Below, piece after piece: positions 9,572 through 18,265 of a DNA stretch of 64,000 nucleotides (its first letter is position 1; every line of letters begins with the position of its first letter). The DNA is from an uncultured Verrucomicrobiota bacterium. GTDB taxonomy: Bacteria > Verrucomicrobiota > Kiritimatiellia > CAIKKV01 > CAIJXV01. A model generated the notes under the pieces. That model saw only the letters and a list, made by a program, of their open reading frames with translations. It was not told the origin of the DNA and did not search any database. The translations under genes and the position numbers were made by a program. The stretch is from NCBI GenBank assembly GCA_964497135.1, contig CAZCDO010000001.1, positions 239-64,238 of the forward strand, given 5' to 3'.

Positions 9572-9840
9572 CCCCTCACTCCGCAATCTCCGGGAGTCGG
9601 GCGGGGTGAGGGCACCCCCATACGTGTTAATCTAAGATCAAAAAACAACTCAAAGATTAAGCGATGCCGATTTTTCCCTCCCCCCGGCGAGGGGGAGGGT
9701 AGGGTGAGGGGGCTTGTATGTTTTCCAACCCCATTCGAATTTGTTGCACAACACCTTACAAATTATTCCGCGGATGATGCCCCCCCCTGATTATTAGGAT
9801 CCCCCTCACCCCTCCCTCCCCCGCGCCGGGGGGAGGGCGG
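9572..9840. repeat. three G/C-rich palindromic hairpin units (CCCTC(A)CCCC...GGGG(T)GAGGG-type) spaced ~110 bp apart
   Basis: Hairpin 1 is 9572-9612 (cccctcactccgc...gcggggtgaggg). Hairpin 2 is 9676-9699 (ccctccccccggcgagggggaggg). Hairpin 3 is ~9810-9840 (ccctccctcccccgcgccggggggagggcgg). Confidence 0.5.
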
Positions 9841-9921
9841 AACCCAACGCCGCCGCCAAAGTAAAGAGCGACAAACGGGAGCGTTTTCATAGTCTTAGCT
9901 TAATACGTATGAGGGCACCCC
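9608..9921. mobile_element. MITE-like non-autonomous element (~291 bp) with 17-bp imperfect terminal inverted repeats flanked by a perfect 11-bp direct repeat
   Basis: Left TIR ATACGTGTTAATCTAAG (9620-9636). Right TIR CTTAGCTTAATACGTAT (9894-9910), whose reverse complement ATACGTATTAAGCTAAG matches 15/17. Direct repeats GAGGGCACCCC at 9608-9618 and 9911-9921 (perfect). No ORF inside. The interior carries G/C hairpins 2 and 3. Confidence 0.5.
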
Positions 9922-9983
9922 GGCTCCAAGTTCATGAGGGGATTATTCATTGTTCCAAACACCTGCACGATTACATCTGGCAT

Positions 9984-10116
9984 CGACTAAGCGGTTGGAC
10001 TAAGCGTAACCGACAAAGTGTGGCGATGAAGTGTTGCTTCGCGCTATTCCAGGCCCATCCTCCAAACTCTTAGTCCCACACTTTGTCGGTTACGCTTAGT
10101 CGCCGCGCCTTAGTCA
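9984..10116. repeat. palindromic element built from GACTAAG heptamers with a perfect 26-bp inverted repeat core
   Basis: Left arm gactaagcggttggactaagcgtaaccgacaaagtgtgg (9984-10022). Right arm cttagtcccacactttgtcggttacgcttagtcgccgcgccttagtcag (10068-10116). Core GACTAAGCGTAACCGACAAAGTGTGG is perfectly inverted. GACTAAG occurs 5 times, at 9984+, 9997+, 10068-, 10094-, 10108-. A related half-copy lies at 4509-4560. Confidence 0.55.
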
Positions 10117-10348
10117 GATTGTCCATGCGGACCGGCTTGGCGCGCCGCGCGCGAAGACGGGCCGCATCTGCGGTTTTCCTCAGTGCCCCCGTGGCTCCGT
10201 GGTAAACCTGCCCCTGAGGATCCGGAGAACGAAGAGAATACCCCTCTGCAGGGATCCGTCTTCGTCCAAGCACTACGGCGGGACACGCGCGTCGGGCCAC
10301 CTCGGAAATCTACATCACCTGAATCGTTCCGGTTTACCGGCCTTCCAC

Positions 10349-10431
10349 CATGTCATAAAATGCATAGAAATATCAAAAAATGGACATGGCCAATAGCCGG
10401 CAAAAGAGGTATGATGATAATGGTATGGAAT
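10349..10431 (+). promoter_or_regulatory. conserved AT-rich upstream motif (copy A), candidate promoter/5' leader element of the giant gene
   Basis: catgtcataaaatgcatagaaatatcaaaaaatggacatggc (10349-10392) is ~88% identical to 50713-50755. Weaker similarity continues to ~10431. It lies ~90 nt upstream of ATG 10478. AAGGAG RBS at 10462-10467. Confidence 0.35.
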
Positions 10432-10477
10432 TATTGTTGCAGACTAAACGAATCATTTTTCATCAAGGAGATCCAAG

Positions 10478-13400
10478 ATGAGACAGATCCGAGCCCTTTT
10501 CTTTGTCGTTCTCTTGTTTTGCGGCGGCCTGTCGGCCGGGGCCACGGACTTCAATTTGTGGGATAAGGCCATGCCGATCACCTTCAGCGGCTACAATCCG
10601 CCCGGCGGCGGAACGCTGACGAACTTCCCCGTCCTGGTGACGCTCAGAACGAACCTCGCAGGGTTCAGCTACACGGACTTCGCTTCGCCCACGAATGGCG
10701 CCGACCTTCGGTTTTCCGCCAGCAATCAGACGGACGAGCTGAACTTCGAAATCGAAAAGTGGGACACCAACGGCGCCTCTTATGTCTGGGTTCAAGTGCC
10801 CACCCTCTCCGGCACGAACACGAAGATCTGGGCCTACTGGGGCAATCCGCTCGCCCCTGTGGCGCCGAGTCAAACCAACGGGATGACCTGGTCCACCGAC
10901 TTCCGCGGTGTGTGGCACATGCAGGAGACCAATGTGGTGGACGCCACGACGAACGGGAATATCGGCGTCGGGAAAAATGGGATCATCACCACCAATACCG
11001 GTTTGGCCGGGAATGCGCTTTCACTCGTCGCGAATAGTTCCTCTACCAGCAGTAATTACGTAGACTTCGGCACCGGATTGGCGATGGGGACCGGCCATGC
11101 CACGTTGAGTATCTGGTTCAAGACGGCCACCAACGCGTTGCAAGCGGGAATCATCGGCAAGTCGGTATATGCCAGTGCCGAACGGTATTCCCTGAGTGGC
11201 GCCAAATCACCGAACATCATCAATGCGGTTTTTCAGTCCACGAACCCCCCCGCATTAACGGCGATGACGAACACGGCTTGGGCGAGTGGGTACTACGATA
11301 ACCAATGGCATCAGTTGACCGCCACGTTCAACCGGTCGGGGAATATGACCCTCTACGTGGATGGCGCGCAGAAGAGCGCCACCAACATCAGTCCGGCTTC
11401 CAGCGCCAATCTGAACAACCCGACTCGGTTTCTGATTGGTGCCTACGGGAACGCGACGGGGACCGGGCCGCAGACTGACTACTATTTTCCGGGTTCACTC
11501 GACGAAGGCCGCCTGATGCGGGTCCCGGCGTCCTCGAACTGGGTCTGGGCCGCCTGGATGAACGCCGCGTCGAATGGGGCGTTCAACGCTTACGGCGCCG
11601 CCGAGTCCCAAGGCCTGACGGTTCGGGTGTCGGGCGCGACAGGAGTGGGCGCGACCACCGCCACGCTGAACGGAACAGTGGCCAACAACGCCGGCGACCC
11701 GGCAACGGAGGCCTTCTTCTGCTGGGATTACACGAACAAGGGCACGGCGACGACGGCGGACTGGGCCCACGTGGAATACGCGGGGAACTCTTTTACCAAC
11801 GGCCAGACCTTCCTCACGGCGATCAACGGCCTGCTTTCGGGCAGTACCTATGTCTATCGCTGTTACGCGACCAACTCGACCGGGTCGGCCTGGTCGGGAG
11901 ACGCGACGAATTTTCGCACGCTGTATGTGCCGTCGGTGACCCTTAACAGTGCGGAGATTCTTAACCTGACAACGGTTTTGTTTCAGGGTGCGGTCACGGA
12001 AACCGGCGGCGAAACTCCGAATGTGTGGTTCTTGTACTGGCTGGACGGAGACACTTTGACCAACGCGGTCGACGTCGGAGCGGTGACGGGGGCCTGCAGT
12101 GCGCAGGTCACCGGCTTGATGACGGCTTCGAACTATGGGTGCCGGGTCATGGCGTCCAACTCGGCCGGCATCGCGTATTCCGGAACGACTGGCTTTCAGA
12201 TGGCCTGGCCCAAGGACTTCGGGTCGATCCCCATCACCTTGAGCGGGTATAACAGATCGGAAGTCCTGACGAATTTCCCGGTTCTGATTGCCCTCAGCAC
12301 GAATCTCGAAGGATTCAGTTATTCGGCCTTCTCTTCGCCTGCGAATGGCGCGGATCTGCGGTTCACGGCCAGCAATCAGCTTGACGCGATTAACTTCGAG
12401 ATCGAAAAATGGGACACCAACGGCACCTCCTATGTGTGGGTCCAAGTGCCTTTGCTCGCCGGCACGAACACGCGAGTCTGGGCGCTCTGGGGCAACCCGA
12501 GCGCCGGCGTACCGGCGTGTCAGACCAATGGGGCGACCTGGTCCAACGGTTATGTGGCGGTCTGGCATCTGGGCGAGTCAACCCCCACGAATCGCGACTC
12601 GACGATAAACCGTAATGACGGCACCAATTTCGGCAACACCACCGTCACTTCATTCGGACGAATCGGGTCAGCCAAGTCCTTCGACGGCGCGGGCGATGGC
12701 GTGGACTGCGGTACGCCCGCGAGTCTGGATGTCGCGCTACCGCGCACCATCTCAGCCTGGATCAAACCGGCGGTACTGAATGCCAAGGCCGGCGTGGTGG
12801 GGAAGGACTCGCAAAGGGATGGGACCGGTTACTCATACCTCATGTGTATCACCAACGGCGCTCTGATGGCTTACGATAACGTCACCTGGCGGGTGTCCTC
12901 GAACGCAAGCATTGCTATCGGGAACTGGTATCATGTGGTGTACGAAACACGCGGCGACGGCAGGATACAATACTATGTCAATGGGCAGAGCGCCGGAACC
13001 TCCATCTGGAATCATACGGATACCGCTGCCCATAACATCTACATCGGCAGTTGGTACAAGATGGCGACGACCTTTGATTTCAACGGTGTGATCGATGAGG
13101 TGAACCTGTCGAGTGTGGCGCGCGGATCCAACTGGGTCTGGGCAAGTTGGGCCAACCAAGTGACGAACTCCACGTTTACCGCCTACGGTTCGGCGCAAAA
13201 CGTGCTGGGCCTTCAATCCCTGCCCGCGACCGCCATCGGGGTTACGAATGCCACGTTAAACGGCATCCTGCTGAACGACCCTGTATCGCTCAACACCGAG
13301 ATCGCCTTCTGCTGGGGACCTGCCGACGCCGGTCAAGGCGCTACGAGCGATTGGCCGAATGTCGTCTCCCTGGGATCGGGATGGAGCCAGGGGGATTCAT

Positions 13401-16400
13401 TCAGCAACACACTCGCCAGCCTGCTCTCCGGCAGTACCTACGTCTATCGCTGTTACGCGACGAATGCGGGTGTGGTGGTGGGGCCGGTCTGGTCGGCCGC
13501 GCAGAGTTTCACCACCGTCTATCGTCCGTCCGTGACGAACCTGGGACCGGTGAACGGTTACGCCACCACCTGGTTGCGGGGGCAGGTGACGGATACCGGC
13601 CTCGAAACACCCTCTGTCTGGTTCTATTGGTGGGCGAATGGCAGTGCGACGACCAACATCGTTCCGATGGGACAGCCGGTGGGCGCCTTCTCGAACGCCG
13701 TCACCGGGCTCGCTCCCTATACGAATTATCAATACAGCATCCTGGCGTCCAATCTTGCGGGCGGAACGTGGTCGTCCGTCTCCAACTTCCAGACGCTCAT
13801 CACCTTTGCCGTCGTCACGAACGGAGGGGCTCAGCCGCTGACCCCGTCGATTGAATTCCTGCAGGGCGGGGTGACCAACACCGGCGGGGACACGCCGCAA
13901 GTCTGGTTCCTCTACTGGATCGCCGGTGGTGCCACGACCAATGCGTATGGGGTGGGCGCCCAGACCGGCGCGTGCAGCGCCACGGTCTCGGGTTTACTGC
14001 CCGGCTCCAACTACGTTTTCATGCTGATGGCGTCTAATCTGGCTGGCGCCGCCTACTCCGGAACCGCCGCATTCCAGACCACGTCGGAAACCATCTATTT
14101 CGTCGCCACCAACGGCAATAACAGTTGGGATGGTCTCACTTGGGGCACCGCCGTGAGCAACGTCGAAGTCGGCGTCCAACGCGCCAGTTTGTGTACCGGT
14201 ACCGTTGTCGTCGGTGACGGCTCCTTCGCCATCACCTCGTTCTGGGTTCAGATTGCCAGCGCCATCACCGTCCGCAGTCTCAATGGGCCGAACTCCACCA
14301 CTCTCAGGGCGGTCGGGACAAGCAGCACCTATCGGCGGGTCATGCTGGTGAGCAACGCGAATGCCTTCGTCTCCGGCTTTACGATGACGGACGGAAACCT
14401 GGGGAACAATAACGGGGAAGGGGGGGGCCCGGGGGGGCTGCGGCTCGTCGCGGGCACCGTGTCTAACTGCGTCATCCACGGCAATTTTGGGTCGGACAAT
14501 TCCGGCGGGATCGACATGAAAGGCGGGCTTCTCACCCACTGTACGGTATCGAGCAACCAGGCCATTCGGGCCAATAACCCGGGCTATGGCACCGGTGGAG
14601 GCATCACGCTGTCCGGTGGAACGGTTCAGTTCTGCGTCATCAGCAACAATTACGCCCGAAAGACGGGAAGCGGGATCCGGCAGACGGGCGGAACGGTGCG
14701 AGACAGCCTGATTGTCCGCAACTACCATGTTTACTCGGACATTTCCACAGGGGTCGGGGTGCATCAGAGTGGCGGCACGCTGGAGCGCTGCGAGATCCGT
14801 TCCAACGCCGGCGCGTGGTTTGCCGGAGGACTTTACCTCGATGGAAACGGCTTGGCGCGGAACTGTCTCTTCGCGAACAACACCGCCCTGTATGACGGCG
14901 GCGGTGTTTATATGACGACCGGCCGGTTGATCAACGCCACGCTTGCCGGGAACCGGGCGGATATCAATGGCCCTGGGCTTTACATGACGGCGGGCTGGGT
15001 GAGCAACTCGGTCGTTTACGGGAACGGCTCCACGCGCTACGTGAACCTCGCGAGCAATGTTTTCAAGAGCGGCGGCACGTTTGCCTACGGCTGCGCCACG
15101 CCCCTGGTCGCCGGCACGGACAACGTGGCGGTCGACCCGCTCTTCGTGAATGCCGCGGCAGGCGACTACCGGCTCTCCGTGGGATCGCCCTGCATCGATA
15201 CCGGCGCCAACCTGGCTGATGTCACGAACGATCTCCTGCGCGCCGCCCGGCCTCAGGACGGCAATGGGGATGGTTCCTCGGTGACCGATCGGGGCGCCTA
15301 TGAAGCCGGACCGTTGAGCGGCGGGCCTTTCACCTGTAGTTTCGATGTCGCGCCGGAGGAAGGCTATCTCTCGGTGAACGCGACCTTCACCGCCTTTGTC
15401 GGAGGTCCGAACACCAACATCACCTGGTACGGCTGGGACTTTGAGAACGACGGGATCATTGATGACGCGGGGGCGGACAAGCGCGTGACGACCCACACGT
15501 TCGGGGTGGGGTACTACGACGTGTCCCTCACGGTCAGCAACTCGGACAGCGCGGCCACCAGCGTTGTGCGCCTGGCCTGCGTTCGCGTGGCGCCGTCGAC
15601 CAATTATGTGTGGAAGTCCGGCTCGCACACGGCGCCGTTCGATACTTGGGCCAAGGCCGCCCGGGATATCCAGAGTGCGGTGGATGTGGCCTGGTCCTCG
15701 GATTCCACGCCGGCGACGGTGCTGGTCACGAATGGCGTTTACACCAACACCAGCCAAATCGCCATCACGCGGCCCCTGATCGTCCGCAGTGTGAATGGTC
15801 CGACGGTTACCACCGTAAATCTCGGTAACGTGGACGGTCGGCGCGCCTTCCAAGTTGCGAACTCGAATGCCTGGCTGGAGGGATTCACCGCTACGGGCGG
15901 CAAGATCGGAAACAATTCAGATGGCGGCGCGGGCATTCTGCTGGACCGCGGGACGGTGACGAATTGCATCGCCACCGGGTGTTCCTCCATCAGGTGCGGG
16001 GCCGGGATATGGGTCAAGAGTGGGCTGCTGGTCAAGTGCCGGATCTTCGGGAACACGACGTTGGCGCAAAACAGCGAGGCTCCGGGCTTGTACCTTACGG
16101 GTGGCACGGCGCGGGACTGCGATAGCGTCAGCAACAATGTTCCCGGCAATAATGTTATCGGGGGTGGGGTTTACATGACCGGTGGCACGTTGGAACGCTG
16201 CCGCGTCAGCTGGAATACCGCTGGAAACGTCAGCCGCGCGGGCGGGACCGGCGGCGGCATCTTCATGACCGGCGGCACGGCGGTTGACAGCTACATCATC
16301 GGCAACACGCAGTATGGCAACGGGGGCGGGGTCTACATGACCGGTGGCACGCTCCGCAACTGCCTGGTGGTGAGCAATACCTCGCCCGCGAACAATGGAG

Positions 16401-18265
16401 GCGGCATTTATATGGCCGGCTCCGCCGCGCAGGTGGAGAACTGCACCGTGGCCGATAACAGCGCCCTCCTCAATGGCAATGGTCTTTACCAGGCATCTGG
16501 CGGGGTGACCAACACCGTCATTTTCTTTAACACCGCCGTGCCCAACGTTTACCAGACCGGCGGCAGTATTGGGTTCTCGAGCATGGATCCGGTGGTGACG
16601 GGTGCGGGCAATACGAATAATTTGAGTGCGGATCCGTTCTTTGTCGATGGTTATCGCCTCGGGCCGGGTTCGCTTTGTATTGACGGCGGAACCAACCTTC
16701 CCTGGTCGGAGACGGGCAAGGACCTGGCGGGCAGTAACCGGGTGGTGAACGATATTGTGGATATGGGCGCCTTCGAGAAGCCCGCCGCGGGCGCGGGTGA
16801 CCCGCTCGGATGCAATTTCGATGCGGTTCCGGTCTCGGGATCCCTCACGCTGACGCCCACCTTCACCGCGCTCTTGTCGGGCGGGAACACGAACACCGAG
16901 TGGTTTCGGTGGGACTACGGCGATGGCGTGACCGAACAGAGCGCCACTCTTGGCACGACGTCGCACACCTATGGTCCCGGCTGGTACACCGTGACCCTCA
17001 CCGTTCGGAATACCGACAGCGCCGAGACGTCAGCCGTCCGCACCGCCTACATCAAGGTGGCTCCGGCGACGAACTATGTGGCCAAGGGCGCCTCGAATGT
17101 TCCGCCCTACCTGACGTGGGCGACGGCTGCCTCCAACGTGGAAGACGCGGTTGACGCCGCGCCCCTGACCGTCTTGGTTTCCAACGGAACATTCAACAGT
17201 ACGAGAACCGTTATGGTGGAACGGGATATGACGATTCGGAGCCTGAATGGGCCGGCCGCTACGGTCATCAATGCCGGCAATGTGTCCTTCCGGCGCGTAT
17301 TCCAGGTCTCTGCCACGAATGCCTGGATCGAGGGCTTCACCCTCTATGGGGGGTCGTACGGAAGCTACTCCGATGGCGGGGCGGGGGTTCTGCTGGAGAA
17401 TGGGACGGTGACGAACTGCTGGATCACCTCCTGTGTGAACTACCAAAACGGCGCGGGAGCCTGGGTCAAGAACGGACTGCTCGTCGGGTGCCGGGTGTAT
17501 GGCAACAACTCCGGTGCGAATCAGGGGGAATCGGTCGGCGTCTATCTGACGGGGGGAACGGTGCGTGACTGTGTGATCGTCAGCAACGGCTTCACGAGTA
17601 GCGGGCACATGCTCGGGGCCGGGGTGTACCAGACCAGCGGTTATTTGGAGCGTTGCCGGGTGGAGGGCAATATGGGTGGAAATGTCGGCAATACCAACAG
17701 CGCCGGCGGCGGCATCTATCTGGAGGGCGGACTCGCGACGGACTGCATTATCGCCAAAAACACGACCTACGGTAACGGGGGGGGCGTCTATCTCGTCGGC
17801 GGTGTGTTACGCAATTCCCTGGTGCTGACCAATCGGGCGGCCCTGCACAACGCCGGTGGCCTTTATGTGGGGGCGGGGCGCGCCGAGAACTGCACGGTGG
17901 TGAGCAATACGGCCCTAGGCGTCGGGAATGGACTCTATCTGGCGGGGGGCGGAGTGACCAATACCATCGTGTACTTCAACGGGGCGATCAATGTTCACCG
18001 GATCGGCGGCAGTATCGCCTACTCGTGTATGACACCGCTGGTGACCGGCGCCGAAAACACGGATGCCGATCCCCAGTTCAAGGCCGCCGCGTTGGGCGAC
18101 TACCATTTGGCCGGCGACTCCCCTTGCATCAACGCCGGAACCAATCTGTCATGGTCAGCTTCCGGAACCGATTTGGACGGTCTGAAGCGGATGTATAGCG
18201 GGCGGGTGGATATGGGGGTTTTTGAATCGCTCCCCACCGCCGGTACGATTTTTACCATTCGATAA
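10478..18265 (+). CDS. giant secreted modular surface protein (2595 aa): [DUF2341 - LamG/concanavalin-like - FN3-like x2] x2, then [right-handed beta-helix - PKD] x2
   Basis: Signal peptide MRQIRALFFVVLLFCGGLSAGA. DUF2341-type motif (GADLRF.ASNQ.D..NFEIEKWDTNG.SYVWVQVP) occurs twice, at aa ~55-130 and ~600-680. LamG-like modules (GSLDEGRL / IDEVNLS). YVYRCYATN FN3-like repeats. Gly-rich beta-helix turns (GGGVYMTGGTL). Two PKD domains (WYGWDFENDG...VSLTVSN / WFRWDYGDG...VTLTVRN). Confidence 0.75.
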   Translation: MRQIRALFFVVLLFCGGLSAGATDFNLWDKAMPITFSGYNPPGGGTLTNFPVLVTLRTNLAGFSYTDFASPTNGADLRFSASNQTDELNFEIEKWDTNGASYVWVQVPTLSGTNTKIWAYWGNPLAPVAPSQTNGMTWSTDFRGVWHMQETNVVDATTNGNIGVGKNGIITTNTGLAGNALSLVANSSSTSSNYVDFGTGLAMGTGHATLSIWFKTATNALQAGIIGKSVYASAERYSLSGAKSPNIINAVFQSTNPPALTAMTNTAWASGYYDNQWHQLTATFNRSGNMTLYVDGAQKSATNISPASSANLNNPTRFLIGAYGNATGTGPQTDYYFPGSLDEGRLMRVPASSNWVWAAWMNAASNGAFNAYGAAESQGLTVRVSGATGVGATTATLNGTVANNAGDPATEAFFCWDYTNKGTATTADWAHVEYAGNSFTNGQTFLTAINGLLSGSTYVYRCYATNSTGSAWSGDATNFRTLYVPSVTLNSAEILNLTTVLFQGAVTETGGETPNVWFLYWLDGDTLTNAVDVGAVTGACSAQVTGLMTASNYGCRVMASNSAGIAYSGTTGFQMAWPKDFGSIPITLSGYNRSEVLTNFPVLIALSTNLEGFSYSAFSSPANGADLRFTASNQLDAINFEIEKWDTNGTSYVWVQVPLLAGTNTRVWALWGNPSAGVPACQTNGATWSNGYVAVWHLGESTPTNRDSTINRNDGTNFGNTTVTSFGRIGSAKSFDGAGDGVDCGTPASLDVALPRTISAWIKPAVLNAKAGVVGKDSQRDGTGYSYLMCITNGALMAYDNVTWRVSSNASIAIGNWYHVVYETRGDGRIQYYVNGQSAGTSIWNHTDTAAHNIYIGSWYKMATTFDFNGVIDEVNLSSVARGSNWVWASWANQVTNSTFTAYGSAQNVLGLQSLPATAIGVTNATLNGILLNDPVSLNTEIAFCWGPADAGQGATSDWPNVVSLGSGWSQGDSFSNTLASLLSGSTYVYRCYATNAGVVVGPVWSAAQSFTTVYRPSVTNLGPVNGYATTWLRGQVTDTGLETPSVWFYWWANGSATTNIVPMGQPVGAFSNAVTGLAPYTNYQYSILASNLAGGTWSSVSNFQTLITFAVVTNGGAQPLTPSIEFLQGGVTNTGGDTPQVWFLYWIAGGATTNAYGVGAQTGACSATVSGLLPGSNYVFMLMASNLAGAAYSGTAAFQTTSETIYFVATNGNNSWDGLTWGTAVSNVEVGVQRASLCTGTVVVGDGSFAITSFWVQIASAITVRSLNGPNSTTLRAVGTSSTYRRVMLVSNANAFVSGFTMTDGNLGNNNGEGGGPGGLRLVAGTVSNCVIHGNFGSDNSGGIDMKGGLLTHCTVSSNQAIRANNPGYGTGGGITLSGGTVQFCVISNNYARKTGSGIRQTGGTVRDSLIVRNYHVYSDISTGVGVHQSGGTLERCEIRSNAGAWFAGGLYLDGNGLARNCLFANNTALYDGGGVYMTTGRLINATLAGNRADINGPGLYMTAGWVSNSVVYGNGSTRYVNLASNVFKSGGTFAYGCATPLVAGTDNVAVDPLFVNAAAGDYRLSVGSPCIDTGANLADVTNDLLRAARPQDGNGDGSSVTDRGAYEAGPLSGGPFTCSFDVAPEEGYLSVNATFTAFVGGPNTNITWYGWDFENDGIIDDAGADKRVTTHTFGVGYYDVSLTVSNSDSAATSVVRLACVRVAPSTNYVWKSGSHTAPFDTWAKAARDIQSAVDVAWSSDSTPATVLVTNGVYTNTSQIAITRPLIVRSVNGPTVTTVNLGNVDGRRAFQVANSNAWLEGFTATGGKIGNNSDGGAGILLDRGTVTNCIATGCSSIRCGAGIWVKSGLLVKCRIFGNTTLAQNSEAPGLYLTGGTARDCDSVSNNVPGNNVIGGGVYMTGGTLERCRVSWNTAGNVSRAGGTGGGIFMTGGTAVDSYIIGNTQYGNGGGVYMTGGTLRNCLVVSNTSPANNGGGIYMAGSAAQVENCTVADNSALLNGNGLYQASGGVTNTVIFFNTAVPNVYQTGGSIGFSSMDPVVTGAGNTNNLSADPFFVDGYRLGPGSLCIDGGTNLPWSETGKDLAGSNRVVNDIVDMGAFEKPAAGAGDPLGCNFDAVPVSGSLTLTPTFTALLSGGNTNTEWFRWDYGDGVTEQSATLGTTSHTYGPGWYTVTLTVRNTDSAETSAVRTAYIKVAPATNYVAKGASNVPPYLTWATAASNVEDAVDAAPLTVLVSNGTFNSTRTVMVERDMTIRSLNGPAATVINAGNVSFRRVFQVSATNAWIEGFTLYGGSYGSYSDGGAGVLLENGTVTNCWITSCVNYQNGAGAWVKNGLLVGCRVYGNNSGANQGESVGVYLTGGTVRDCVIVSNGFTSSGHMLGAGVYQTSGYLERCRVEGNMGGNVGNTNSAGGGIYLEGGLATDCIIAKNTTYGNGGGVYLVGGVLRNSLVLTNRAALHNAGGLYVGAGRAENCTVVSNTALGVGNGLYLAGGGVTNTIVYFNGAINVHRIGGSIAYSCMTPLVTGAENTDADPQFKAAALGDYHLAGDSPCINAGTNLSWSASGTDLDGLKRMYSGRVDMGVFESLPTAGTIFTIR

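Noticed and set aside
9725-9745. tRNA-like TTCGAAT (T-loop-like) motif
   Set aside because: No acceptor/anticodon stem complementarity around it. Isolated motif in AT-rich spacer.
9572-9840. G/C-rich hairpins as a possible CRISPR array
   Set aside because: Only three units, with irregular spacing and non-identical repeats. No cas genes in the window. Better explained as palindromic REP/MITE-internal hairpins.
13994-15853. 619-aa antisense ORF inside the giant gene (and similar ones at 11495..12568 and 15917..16966)
   Set aside because: GC-rich antisense frames with no start context. The sense frame shows clear DUF2341/LamG/PKD/beta-helix motifs.
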